The notes under the pieces are model-generated. The model was given only the letters and a program-made list of their open reading frames with translations, was not told where the DNA came from and did no database searches. From assembly GCA_024636255.1 (NCBI GenBank), contig JAGXHK010000161.1, positions 1 through 54,283 of the forward strand: a DNA stretch of 54,283 nt, read 5' to 3'. The stretch comes from Desulfuromonadales bacterium (GTDB taxonomy: Bacteria > Desulfobacterota > Desulfuromonadia > Desulfuromonadales > Geoalkalibacteraceae). Both the position numbers and the translations under genes were made by a program. This document shows, piece by piece, positions 36,710 to 46,384 of this stretch (position 1 is its first letter; every line of letters starts with the position of its first letter).

Positions 36710-39700
36710 ATGAAAAGAGCAGGATACATATTCGCATGGAGTCTGATTTTCTGGCTGGGTTCGGTCGGTCAGGTCACGGCCGGGCCCGATGATTATGCAT
36801 GCGATACGGTTATTTATGGCGGATCGACCGCAGCGGTCAACCCCAATGTGCTGATCATTCTCGACACATCACTAAGCATGAACGACGAAGTCGAAGTCAC
36901 CGCCAGCGGCGGTCATGGAGACGATGTCGAGCGCAGAGCCAAAATCGAAATCGCCAAAGACGTCATCGATGACACCGTCAAGACCGCGAGTGGCGTCAAT
37001 CTGGGCCTGATGCAATTTCATTACAACAAAAACGCATCGCGCGAGGAGGATGTCGCAAAAGGCGGGGAGTTCGTTTCTTTTTCCGGGTATACAGCCACCA
37101 TCAAGGATATGGCTGCCGATTACAATCCACCCAAAACCAACAGGGAAAAACTCCGTGAGATAATCCCTGAAATTACCGCCCAGGGATTTACGCCTCTGGC
37201 CGAATCCCTCTATGAGGCCGGCCGTTATTTCCGGGGCGAGACCAGCGCGTTTCAAAAGAATGTCAGTCATACGTCCCCCATCCAGGCCACCTGTCAGACG
37301 AATTACGTCGTTCTGATCTCCGATGGCATGTCACGTCACGACCGGCATCCGGTTCTCGCGCGGGAAATCGGCGATCAGGATGGGGATGGTTATGAGCCGG
37401 GCGGCGACAGCGACAAAGATTACGGCTCGGATAACAATAACGATCCCGAAAGACTCGGCTCCGATTACCTCGATGATGTGGCAAAGTGGCTCTACGACAA
37501 CGATCATTCCGATCTCGAGGGTTTGCAGAACGTTGTGACCTATACCGTCGGCTTCGGAGAGGTCGGCGCTGACTCCGGCGCCGTGAAACTGTTGAACGAG
37601 ACGATCGCCAAGGGCACCGGCGGCGCGCTCAATCAGGCCTATTTCGCCATGGACCTGCCAGATTTGAATCGCGTTCTGCAGACGATTTTTGCTGAGATCA
37701 AAAAGGTCAACACCTCCTTCGCCGCTCCCGTGATCCCGGCCAGCCCGCAGAACCGCTTCGCGAGCGGCGAGCGGGTCTATTTCGGACTGTTCCAGCCGAG
37801 CGAAAACGGCCGCTGGAAGGGGAATCTGAAAAAGTACGGCATCAATGCCGACGGGCAGATCCTCGATAAAGACCTGGAGGAGGCTACCGATGAAAACGGT
37901 CGCATCAAGGAAAAGGCCACCTCCTTCTGGAGCAGCACGATCGATGGAGATAAGGTGCCGGCCGGAGGGGCGGGGGCGATCCTTCTCGAGAGAGATTTCA
38001 GTTCCAACCATCCGGAGGATGGCAGGCGCCGAATCTACAGCAATCTCGTCTACAATTCCGATCTGACCCACGCCTTTAATGCCCTTTCAATCGACAACGA
38101 CTCAAGCCTGACCGCCGCCCGGCTCGGCGTGCCCGGGTCCGAGCGCGACAAAATCATCAACTTCGTGCATGGTTTCGATGCCTACGACGATGATGCCGAT
38201 GACGATACCTTCGATAAGCGCTCCTGGATTCTCGGCGATATCCTCCACGCCGCACCGGTAACGGTCCATTATGACGATTACGCATTCACCGCTGAAAACG
38301 AAGCGGATCCGGCGATCAACAAGTCGGTGATCTTTGTCGCCGGCAACGACGGCCAGCTGCACGCGTTCCGCGATGCCGACGGCAAGGAGCTCTGGTCGTT
38401 CATCCCCGATGTCCTGCTGCCAGACCTGGAGAGCCTGCGCGACGGGCAGCATACCTACTACGTGGATATGGCACCCTCGGTCTTTATCTTCGATCCCGGC
38501 GGGAACGGGCCGTCCGATCCCGGCGATCAGGTGATTCTGATCTTCGGTCTGCGCCGCGGAGCGGGGAAGGATACGTTGCGGAAAAATCAGGTACGCGGGG
38601 CCTATTATGCCCTTGATGTTACCACAGCCGATGCTCCGAAACTTCTCTGGAGGCTGCTACCCGGCGACGTAACCGGATTCGAAGAGTTGGGCGAGGCCTG
38701 GAGCGCGCCGACTTTTGCACGCATGCGCGTTCAGGAGAATGGCATCGCAAAGGATATGATGGTTGCGGTCTTCGGTGCCGGCTACGACAATAACGAGGAC
38801 CTGCGCTTCGGTGATACTCAGGGTTTTCCGAAAACCAGGAACGGCACCGACACGACCTTGGCGACCAATGACGCCGGTCATGAGACCAGCGCCGATAACG
38901 GCGCGCAGCACAATCCGCGCGGGCGCGGCCTGTTTGCCTTGAAGGTCGGCGAGTTCAGTTTCGACAGCGGCCCGATCTTTACTCCGGCATGGAGCGTCCG
39001 CAAGGTCTGGGGATACAGCAATGCCGAGAATGCGGCGATGAGCTTCGGTATACCCTCCGAAGTGGCGGCTCTCGACCTCAATCATGACGGCTACGTGGAC
39101 CGTTTTTACGTCGGCGATACCGGCGGCCAGCTCTGGCGCGTCGATGCGGGAAGCAGCAATCCCGAAAAATGGAGCGTCGATCTGCTCTTTCAGGCCGATG
39201 CCGGCACGCACAGAGAAAAAGGGCGCAAGTTCTTCTATCGCCCGTCGGTCACTGTCGAACGCAATGGCCAGCCGATGATTTTCATCGGCAGTGGCGACCG
39301 GGCGCACCCTCTGAACGAGGCTGTGGTTGACCGCCTCTATGCCGTGAAAGACCCTGTCGGTCCGCTCTGGGATGCGGCCACGCCCCTGAATGAAGAGGAC
39401 CTGGCCGATGTGACGGAAAACACGCTGCAGGGTGAGGACGCCGAAGCAGTGCAGGCAAAGCTTTCCGATCTGTACTCCAGCCATGGCTGGTTCATAAAGC
39501 TCGATCAGAACAGTGGAGAAAAAGCGCTGGCGTCCCCCCTGGTCTACAACAAGGCGGCTTATTTCACCACGTTCACCCCGAATGTGCTGGACGGAAACGA
39601 TCCCTGTGAAACCGGGAACCTTGGGACCGCCAGGGTTTATGCGGTCGATTATCGCTCGGGCGAGGCCGTGCTCAACTACGACCCGCGAAACGACGACAAT

Positions 39701-39922
39701 GCAGAAGCTATCACCAACATTCGGGCTTTGGACAACGCCGGCAACGTTCTGCGTCGTCCCGACCGGGCCAGGGCCATCGGCTCCGGAATCCCAAGCGAGG
39801 TCAAGGTCTTTATCACCGAGACCGGTGAAGCGAAGGTGATGACTGCGAGCGATGGCGGGATTCAGATGGAAGACGCTCTGCCCGGCGGCGGAGTTCATCC
39901 CCTGTACTGGCTGCAGCGCTAA
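36710..39922 (+). CDS. pilY1: PilY1-like type IV pilus tip adhesin with an N-terminal vWA domain (module 1)
   Basis: 1070 aa with a signal peptide. vWA with an intact MIDAS (DTSLS, GFTPLAES, SDG). C-terminal PilY1 beta-propeller blocks (NDGQLHAF, GAGYDNNED, GDTGGQLWR, GSGDRAHP) and an EF-hand-like loop DLNHDGYVD at 39074-39100. Confidence 0.9.
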   Translation: MKRAGYIFAWSLIFWLGSVGQVTAGPDDYACDTVIYGGSTAAVNPNVLIILDTSLSMNDEVEVTASGGHGDDVERRAKIEIAKDVIDDTVKTASGVNLGLMQFHYNKNASREEDVAKGGEFVSFSGYTATIKDMAADYNPPKTNREKLREIIPEITAQGFTPLAESLYEAGRYFRGETSAFQKNVSHTSPIQATCQTNYVVLISDGMSRHDRHPVLAREIGDQDGDGYEPGGDSDKDYGSDNNNDPERLGSDYLDDVAKWLYDNDHSDLEGLQNVVTYTVGFGEVGADSGAVKLLNETIAKGTGGALNQAYFAMDLPDLNRVLQTIFAEIKKVNTSFAAPVIPASPQNRFASGERVYFGLFQPSENGRWKGNLKKYGINADGQILDKDLEEATDENGRIKEKATSFWSSTIDGDKVPAGGAGAILLERDFSSNHPEDGRRRIYSNLVYNSDLTHAFNALSIDNDSSLTAARLGVPGSERDKIINFVHGFDAYDDDADDDTFDKRSWILGDILHAAPVTVHYDDYAFTAENEADPAINKSVIFVAGNDGQLHAFRDADGKELWSFIPDVLLPDLESLRDGQHTYYVDMAPSVFIFDPGGNGPSDPGDQVILIFGLRRGAGKDTLRKNQVRGAYYALDVTTADAPKLLWRLLPGDVTGFEELGEAWSAPTFARMRVQENGIAKDMMVAVFGAGYDNNEDLRFGDTQGFPKTRNGTDTTLATNDAGHETSADNGAQHNPRGRGLFALKVGEFSFDSGPIFTPAWSVRKVWGYSNAENAAMSFGIPSEVAALDLNHDGYVDRFYVGDTGGQLWRVDAGSSNPEKWSVDLLFQADAGTHREKGRKFFYRPSVTVERNGQPMIFIGSGDRAHPLNEAVVDRLYAVKDPVGPLWDAATPLNEEDLADVTENTLQGEDAEAVQAKLSDLYSSHGWFIKLDQNSGEKALASPLVYNKAAYFTTFTPNVLDGNDPCETGNLGTARVYAVDYRSGEAVLNYDPRNDDNAEAITNIRALDNAGNVLRRPDRARAIGSGIPSEVKVFITETGEAKVMTASDGGIQMEDALPGGGVHPLYWLQR

Positions 39923-39999
39923 CCGGAGAGATACCTGATGTGCCCGGCGCAAAAACTTACGGCCACCTTGAACGATCTGCAGCAGGAGCAGGAGGCGTG

Positions 40000-40536
40000 A
40001 TGCGGCGCTCGCAGCGCGGGTTCGCCCTGATCGAAATGCTCGTGGTGGTCGCCCTGATCGGGATCGTGGCGTATATCGCCATGCCGTACTACAAAGTCTA
40101 TCTGCGCAGTGCCAGCTACCGTTCAGCCGCCCGCGACATCGCCTCGGCCATGCGCGTTGCGCGCTCCGAAGCCGTGACGCAGAACCTCGAGCATCGCCTG
40201 CAGATCGATGTGGGACGGGTGGATGGCCCGGCGGATGCCGGGGCTGACCGATTTCTCATCAGCAGGGGGAGTAGGGCGCGCGGCACCCCGGATGACGGGT
40301 GGGAAGAACGCGGCGGATGGCGCAAGGCCTCCGTCATGGTCGACCTGCGGGCAGGCGCCGACCCGGCCGATCCGAATGACTGCAGTAAGGGCTCCGGAAT
40401 CATCGATCTGAGATTTTATCCGGACGGCACGGTGGATCAGCCGGCTGCTGTCTGCATATTGAACCGTTATGGGGATCGAAAATTCAGAACGCAGATCAGG
40501 TTTCCCACCACCGGCCAGGTTGAGGTCATCCGATGA
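40000..40536 (+). CDS. fimT: GspH/FimT-family minor pilin
   Basis: ORF 39940-40536. ATG 40000 follows GGAGCAGGAGG. Prepilin signal QRG|FALIEMLVVVALIG. Confidence 0.75.
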   Translation: MRRSQRGFALIEMLVVVALIGIVAYIAMPYYKVYLRSASYRSAARDIASAMRVARSEAVTQNLEHRLQIDVGRVDGPADAGADRFLISRGSRARGTPDDGWEERGGWRKASVMVDLRAGADPADPNDCSKGSGIIDLRFYPDGTVDQPAAVCILNRYGDRKFRTQIRFPTTGQVEVIR

Positions 40537-40632
40537 TGATCAGCACAAGGATTGAATAGTCTGCAGCAGTGACATTTTTTTTCCTGCCGTTCGCTAAAAC
40601 CCCGACTTACACAGAAATTCTCGCACATCAAA

Positions 40633-40662
40633 GCCGACCTCTTCACAGAGGCGGCTTTTTTT
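40633..40662 (+). terminator. intrinsic terminator closing module 1
   Basis: GCCGACCTCT-tcac-AGAGGCGGC (one bulge) followed by T7. Confidence 0.75.
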
Positions 40663-40764
40663 ATGCGCTGATTCAGTGGGCTGACAGGCCTTCGGATCGT
40701 GGCGAGGAATATATATTGCAGACTCTAGCCTGAGTTAATTTTTTGTCATTTTAAGAGGTTGGGG

Positions 40765-41196
40765 ATGATGACCGGTCCAGCATCCGATCAGCGCGGGTTC
40801 ACACTGCTCGAAATGATGATCGCCATAACCGTTCTTGCCGTCGGCCTTCTGGGCCTGGCGCAGCTTCAGATGACGGCGATTCGCGCCAACACTCAGGCGA
40901 ATACGATCGCCTCGGCCACGGCGCTTGCGCAGAGCGCTCTTGAGCACATCATTGCCATGGACGGCGACCATGCGCTCTTTCAGGGCCCCGAGCTCACCAA
41001 TGCGCAGCCCGCCGCGTTGGCCGACCTGATGAACGGCACACCTTACGAGCTTTTCGTCAGCACCGATATCGACTGGAACGGCGTCCCGAATGTGACCAAG
41101 GTCGATGTCACCGTACAATCCATCGACGTGGTAACGGATATTACAGGAACGGCAAAGCGCACCGTAACTCTGACCGCACTGAAGCGCTCTTTTTAA
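40765..41196 (+). CDS. pilV: type IV minor pilin, PilV-like (module 2)
   Basis: ATG 40765 follows AAGAGG. Prepilin signal QRG|FTLLEMMIAITVLAVGLLG. Clear paralog of the protein at 34343-34756. Confidence 0.8.
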   Translation: MMTGPASDQRGFTLLEMMIAITVLAVGLLGLAQLQMTAIRANTQANTIASATALAQSALEHIIAMDGDHALFQGPELTNAQPAALADLMNGTPYELFVSTDIDWNGVPNVTKVDVTVQSIDVVTDITGTAKRTVTLTALKRSF

Positions 41197-41211
41197 AAAA
41201 GACGAGAATTT

Positions 41212-42018
41212 ATGCTGAAAAAGCTCGGAGACAACAGAGGGTTCAGCCTGATCGAAACAGTTGTTGCCGCATCGATCATGCTGATCGTTGTGGCGGTGGT
41301 GTTCAGATTATTCATGCCGACCAACGAAACCGCCACGGTCCAGCGAGGCGTCGCGGACGTGCAGAAAAATTTGCGGGTGGCCCTCGAGCATCTGAGCAAC
41401 GATATTCGCATGGCCGGCTTTCTGACCACCCAAGACCCCATTGTCGATCGCTCGTCCACGGCCTTTACGATCAATACTGTGACGGCCGCACGCCGCTATG
41501 CGCGCATCGTACAGCAGGACCCTTCCGACAGTTCCCTGTTCCATATCGCCACCGAATCCATGGTCGAGCGCCTGCACGTTGGCGAAACGGTCAGAATTCT
41601 CCGTCCTCCCAATCAGGAACTTCCCGGCGGCTATGCCGGCCTGATGACAGTTTCGGCGACAAATCCCGCATCCCGCACCATTCGTTTGAGCGGTCTGCCC
41701 GCCGGGGTGACCTACCAGGACGGCGATATGATCGTGCGCACCGACTCCGGCACCGCAGTGGTGAATACCTTGCGCATCGAACATGACGCGGGCCTGAATC
41801 TGATTCGCCGAATTATCAACGAAGGTACGACGGCATCGCGCAGCCAGATTCTGGCTCACAACATCAGCCAGGCTGAATTCTCTTATGAATTTAACGACGA
41901 CGGACTGGTCAAGACAATCGTGGTCGAGTTGACAGGCAGCACGCAAACTGATCCGGCAGGCACGATTCCGGTCGCGCAACGCACATTGCGCAGCAGCGTC
42001 TCTTTACGCAATCTCTGA
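41212..42018 (+). CDS. pilW: type IV minor pilin, PilW-like (module 2)
   Basis: Prepilin signal NRG|FSLIETVVAASIMLIVV. Shares the RVALEHLSNDIRMAGF block with module-1 PilW (RVALDFMSRDLRLAGF). Confidence 0.75.
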   Translation: MLKKLGDNRGFSLIETVVAASIMLIVVAVVFRLFMPTNETATVQRGVADVQKNLRVALEHLSNDIRMAGFLTTQDPIVDRSSTAFTINTVTAARRYARIVQQDPSDSSLFHIATESMVERLHVGETVRILRPPNQELPGGYAGLMTVSATNPASRTIRLSGLPAGVTYQDGDMIVRTDSGTAVVNTLRIEHDAGLNLIRRIINEGTTASRSQILAHNISQAEFSYEFNDDGLVKTIVVELTGSTQTDPAGTIPVAQRTLRSSVSLRNL

Positions 42019-42028
42019 GGTGGATGTG

Positions 42029-42553
42029 ATGAACCCGCGAAGCGAAATCCGATTCATGCGCCGACTCGCCGATCAAAAAGGCATGGCCTTGATCCTGGCG
42101 ATCGGCATGCTCGCCATCTTCAGCCTGCTGGGATTTACCGTTCATCAGGTTGCCAGCCGCGATGTCCGCTCCAGTGCCACCTTTCGCGCTCAGGAGACGG
42201 CCTTCTACGCGGCTGAACGGGCCGTTGAATATGCGCTGAACCGGGATCTTCTGCTGACCATGGGGTCTGGCGTCGACCTGACCTCGGGGAGCCACCAGAC
42301 CAGCATCAATGCCGGCAATTCTCTGATCAGCGGCGGGGGGGAGCTTGATTTGGGCTCGGTCAGCGACGCCGGTCCGGGTGAGATGCCGATAAAACTGAAA
42401 GCTCGATATGGCAGTGACTTCGGCGCCAACTATTACTACATCACCGTCAAGGGCATCGGACCGGAGAACACGGAAGCCGAGATCGATTCCCAGGTCGTGC
42501 GTCTCTTCAAACGCGACGACGACAACATCTTCCGTACGACGGGAGGGGGCTAG
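42029..42553 (+). CDS. pilX: PilX-like protein (module 2)
   Basis: ORF 42020-42553. ATG 42029 follows GAGGTGG. PilX_N-type N-terminus (GMALILAIGMLAIFSLLG) and YAAERAVEYAL, like the module-1 YAAERAGQYAL. Confidence 0.7.
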   Translation: MNPRSEIRFMRRLADQKGMALILAIGMLAIFSLLGFTVHQVASRDVRSSATFRAQETAFYAAERAVEYALNRDLLLTMGSGVDLTSGSHQTSINAGNSLISGGGELDLGSVSDAGPGEMPIKLKARYGSDFGANYYYITVKGIGPENTEAEIDSQVVRLFKRDDDNIFRTTGGG

Positions 42554-42554
42554 T

Positions 42555-45500
42555 ATGAGAACGTCAGCTTTATGGACCGTCTGGTTATTCCTGCTGGTGT
42601 ATATCCCGGCAACCGCACTCGCCGCGGGAGACGCCTACATCGGCGATACCGCCATCTATACCGGTGATCCGGGGAAGATCCGCCCCAATATTCTTCTCAT
42701 CATCGACAACAGCAAGGCGACTCTGAACAGTGCCGCGGGCGTCGAGTACATTTTTAATGCGGATGAGCTCTATCCCCAGGAGGGCGGCCCGAATCACGCG
42801 GATATCCTGGCGGGGGACAATCAGGGGAACTTTACTTCTGTGGTGGTCAACGACTCCTTCGCCACCGATAGCTCCGGGGACACCTATCTGCAGACGCTGG
42901 CCGGATTTTCAGGGTGTCCCGAAATCGTCATGCACGACCTTCTGGAGTACGGTACCTATACGGCCGACGGCAGCTCGTCGCGCCCGATCATCAAGGCCAA
43001 CCAGAGTAGCTGCACGAGGGCCCCGAAAGGCGCGGTCTACGCGCTTGGGAATTATATCAATTATACCAATTCGCCGCCCCCGGTCCCGATTGTTCAAGGA
43101 CCGGACGGAAACGATTACAAACTGATCGAGGAACACCTTTCCGCAGACGAGAACCGCCCCCCCTCCGGTGCGAACTGGAGTGCCTACTGGGCGGATAATG
43201 GAACGATCGAGACCGGGGCGATCTGGACCAGCGGAACCGATTACACGTTTTCGGAATCGGCCCAGGCCCAGCGGGAGATCGTCTTCAAAGCCATCAAGCA
43301 GGTGGTTTCGGCCACCCGCGGCGTCGCCAACTTCGGGGCCATGGTGTACGGCGACAACAACAAGGGCGGACGCATCATCTACAACATTGCCGATCTGGGC
43401 GACAGCTCAGCGGCGCCCGATGCTGACAGCGATGGCATTAACGACGAGTTTCCGGCATTCCTCAAGGTTCTGCCCGGCAGCGGCGAGCCGGAGAGCGCCC
43501 CCGCTATAAGCGCCGGGCCGCAGCGCCCGCAATCGGAAGCTCTTTACGACGCCGGCGCCTATTACGGGGCCAACTGGAGCCCCGTCTCGGAAACCTCGAC
43601 GATCCCTGCCGAATTTCAACAGAACTGCAACAATCACGTGGTGTTCATCACCAATGGCCTTTCGAACTCTGAAGGCGACCCCAAGCTGGAAACCTATATC
43701 GGTGACGGGGATGCCAATGCCGGTCCAGAAGAGAACGGGACACTGATTATCAAGGGGGAATCGGTTCCCGACGTCGATCAGGAAGATCCCTATGGCCTCG
43801 GAGTTCATTATCTGGACGACGTCGCCTATCGGATGTACCAGGACTATGAAATGAACACCCACATGATCCTGGCCTTCCAGAAAACCGACAACCTGATCAC
43901 CCGGGCTGCGGCAAACGGCAAGGGGGAATTTCACAATGTCTATAATGCCAATGAGCTGGTCGAGTCGCTCTCCAATCTGATCTTTCGCATGGTGCTCGAG
44001 GAGGACACCTCTTTTGTCGCACCGGTGGTCCCCGCCAGTACCACCAACCGCACCATCAGCTCCGACCGGGTCTATCTCGGACTGTTCAAGCCGCAGAAGA
44101 TGAAACCCTGGCTGGGGAATCTCAAAAAGTACCGGGTCAGTTCCGAGAACAGGCTGCAGGATGCCAACGAACCGCCGAATAATGCCACGACGTCCGACGG
44201 CGATTTCATCACCGAAACGAATTCGTTCTGGGGCGTCGACCCGACGGACAGCACAAAGATCATGTCCCTGGTCGAGAACAGCGATACCCTGACCCGCAGC
44301 TACAGTGACGGCGACGGGGGGATCATCACCGCCGGAGGGGCCGCCGGAACGCTGCTGGCGAGAGTCCGGGATGGCATACCGCGAAATATCTATGCCAACC
44401 TTGATTCCGCGAACAGCGACCTGAGCGCCGCAGGCAATGCCTTCGTCAAGACCAATACCCTGGCGACCGACGCCATGAACATGGCCGATACCACCTTGCG
44501 CGACAATCTTATCGACTATATCCACGGCAAGCTGGACTACTTCGACCATGACGATGACGGCAATACGTCCGAGATCAGCCCATGGCCGATGGGAGACATC
44601 CTGCACTCGAAGCCGCTGGTCTTTCACTATCAGAACTACGACGCAGCCAAAGAAAATACCTGTTACGCCGATGACGCGGCCGGCAACCGCTCCATGCTCT
44701 TCGTCGGTGCCAACGACGGCATGCTGCACGCCTTCCGCGATTGCGACGGCTCCGAGGCGTGGTCGTTTATTCCGGATAACCTACTGCCGCGCCTGCAGGA
44801 CCTCGATAGTGCCCGTCATTCCTATTTCGTCGATGCCTCGCCGACCCTTTATGTCCATGACCAGGCGGACGACAGCGTCATCGACAGCTCCGCGACCACC
44901 GAGGACCTGGTGCAGATCGTCTTCGGGCAGCGCCGCGGAGGCGGCACCAACAACCTGACCGCCGCCGACCCGCGCGGGGCGTATTACGCGCTTGATCTGA
45001 CGGACCCGGAAACGCCCGAATTTCTCTGGAAGGTCGATGCGAGCCTGGCTGATTTTGCCGAGATGGGCGAAACCTGGGGGCAGCCGCGCCTCGTCAAGAT
45101 CAAGCACGGCAATGCGGTCAAAATCGTGGCCTTTGTCGGGGCGGGCTATGATAACAATGAAGATCTTCGCTTCGGCAACACTCAGGAGTTCCCCGCCGGT
45201 TTCGATGACACGACCGATATGAGCCTTCAGCCGGCCGGCAGCGGGGTGACGACATCGACCGGCGGCGGCCGTCAGACCAACCCAAGAGGGCGCGGGATTT
45301 TCGCCATCGAGATTGCGCAGCTCGACACGGTGGACGGCAAATTCAAGCCGAATACGTCGAATATGGGTGCCAGGGTCTGGAGGATGACGCATGCTGAAAA
45401 TTCGGCGATGACCTATTCCTTCCCCACGGATGTGACTGCCCTGGATACGGATGCCGACGGTTTCGCAGACACGATCTATGCCGGCGATACCGGCGGCCGC

Positions 45501-46322
45501 ATGTGGCGCTTCGGTATCTCAGATCCGAATCCCGCCTACTGGAGCAGCAGGATCATCTTCCGCTCCAACCCCGGCGGCGACAGCACCAACGGCCGCAAGA
45601 TCTTCTTCAAGCCGTCGGTGACCTTTGCGAAGGTCAGGGTTCTGGAGGGGGATCAGGTCATGACGCGGACCAAACCTGTCCTGTTCTTCGGCAGCGGAGA
45701 TCGTGCCCATCCATTGAATGAAGGGGTGACCGATCGCATTTACGCTCTCATCGACAAGGGACAGGGCTCATCGACGCTGATCACCGAAAGCGACCTCGTC
45801 GATGTGACCGCGAACACTCTGCAGGCCAGTGGTACGACAGAAGCGGAGGTGGACACGATTTTGTCCGGTCTGGAAGCCGTCGACAATTACGGCTGGTTCA
45901 TCGAACTGGAGAACTCCGGAGAGAAAGTTCTCGCACCGGCCGTCGTCTTCAACAAGGCCGCTTTCTTCACCACCTATACCCCCGACATGCCCGAGGTCCC
46001 GGATCCCTGCAATCCCGACTTTCTCGGCACTTCGCGTGTCTACGCCCTCAATGTCGAAACGGGCGAGGCGATCATCAATTACTATCAGGACAACGATTCT
46101 CAGAGCACGAGTGACAACGAACGCGCCGTGAACGAGGACGGCGAGGTGCTGAGAAAAGAGGATCGGGTCAAGCTGGTCGGGGAGGGAATCCCCTCGGGCA
46201 TCGTGACCCTGATCGATGCCAGCGGTAATGTGACCATGATGATCAGTTCGAGCAACCGGGTCGGCACCTACTCTGCCCCCGATTCACGGCTGATCAGTCC
46301 GGTTTACTGGATGCAGTGGTAA
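42555..46322 (+). CDS. pilY1: PilY1-like tip adhesin with a degenerate, insertion-bearing vWA domain (module 2)
   Basis: ORF 42408-46322. ATG 42555 follows GGGAGGGGG and gives a signal peptide. All PilY1 propeller blocks are conserved with module 1. EF-hand-like loop DTDADGFAD at 45444-45470. Confidence 0.9.
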   Translation: MRTSALWTVWLFLLVYIPATALAAGDAYIGDTAIYTGDPGKIRPNILLIIDNSKATLNSAAGVEYIFNADELYPQEGGPNHADILAGDNQGNFTSVVVNDSFATDSSGDTYLQTLAGFSGCPEIVMHDLLEYGTYTADGSSSRPIIKANQSSCTRAPKGAVYALGNYINYTNSPPPVPIVQGPDGNDYKLIEEHLSADENRPPSGANWSAYWADNGTIETGAIWTSGTDYTFSESAQAQREIVFKAIKQVVSATRGVANFGAMVYGDNNKGGRIIYNIADLGDSSAAPDADSDGINDEFPAFLKVLPGSGEPESAPAISAGPQRPQSEALYDAGAYYGANWSPVSETSTIPAEFQQNCNNHVVFITNGLSNSEGDPKLETYIGDGDANAGPEENGTLIIKGESVPDVDQEDPYGLGVHYLDDVAYRMYQDYEMNTHMILAFQKTDNLITRAAANGKGEFHNVYNANELVESLSNLIFRMVLEEDTSFVAPVVPASTTNRTISSDRVYLGLFKPQKMKPWLGNLKKYRVSSENRLQDANEPPNNATTSDGDFITETNSFWGVDPTDSTKIMSLVENSDTLTRSYSDGDGGIITAGGAAGTLLARVRDGIPRNIYANLDSANSDLSAAGNAFVKTNTLATDAMNMADTTLRDNLIDYIHGKLDYFDHDDDGNTSEISPWPMGDILHSKPLVFHYQNYDAAKENTCYADDAAGNRSMLFVGANDGMLHAFRDCDGSEAWSFIPDNLLPRLQDLDSARHSYFVDASPTLYVHDQADDSVIDSSATTEDLVQIVFGQRRGGGTNNLTAADPRGAYYALDLTDPETPEFLWKVDASLADFAEMGETWGQPRLVKIKHGNAVKIVAFVGAGYDNNEDLRFGNTQEFPAGFDDTTDMSLQPAGSGVTTSTGGGRQTNPRGRGIFAIEIAQLDTVDGKFKPNTSNMGARVWRMTHAENSAMTYSFPTDVTALDTDADGFADTIYAGDTGGRMWRFGISDPNPAYWSSRIIFRSNPGGDSTNGRKIFFKPSVTFAKVRVLEGDQVMTRTKPVLFFGSGDRAHPLNEGVTDRIYALIDKGQGSSTLITESDLVDVTANTLQASGTTEAEVDTILSGLEAVDNYGWFIELENSGEKVLAPAVVFNKAAFFTTYTPDMPEVPDPCNPDFLGTSRVYALNVETGEAIINYYQDNDSQSTSDNERAVNEDGEVLRKEDRVKLVGEGIPSGIVTLIDASGNVTMMISSSNRVGTYSAPDSRLISPVYWMQW

Positions 46323-46352
46323 AAAGGGTCCGAGAAATTTCGGAGCATGGGA

Positions 46353-46384
46353 AAAGCCCGCAGCGAAAAGCGTTGCGGGCTTTT
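46353..46384 (+). terminator. intrinsic terminator closing module 2
   Basis: AAAGCCCGCA ... TGCGGGCTTT 10-bp stem followed by a short T tract. Confidence 0.7.

Noticed and set aside
42408-42554. 49-codon N-terminal extension of the module-2 pilY1 ORF
   Set aside because: It overlaps pilX-2. ATG 42555 follows a strong SD and yields a proper signal peptide.
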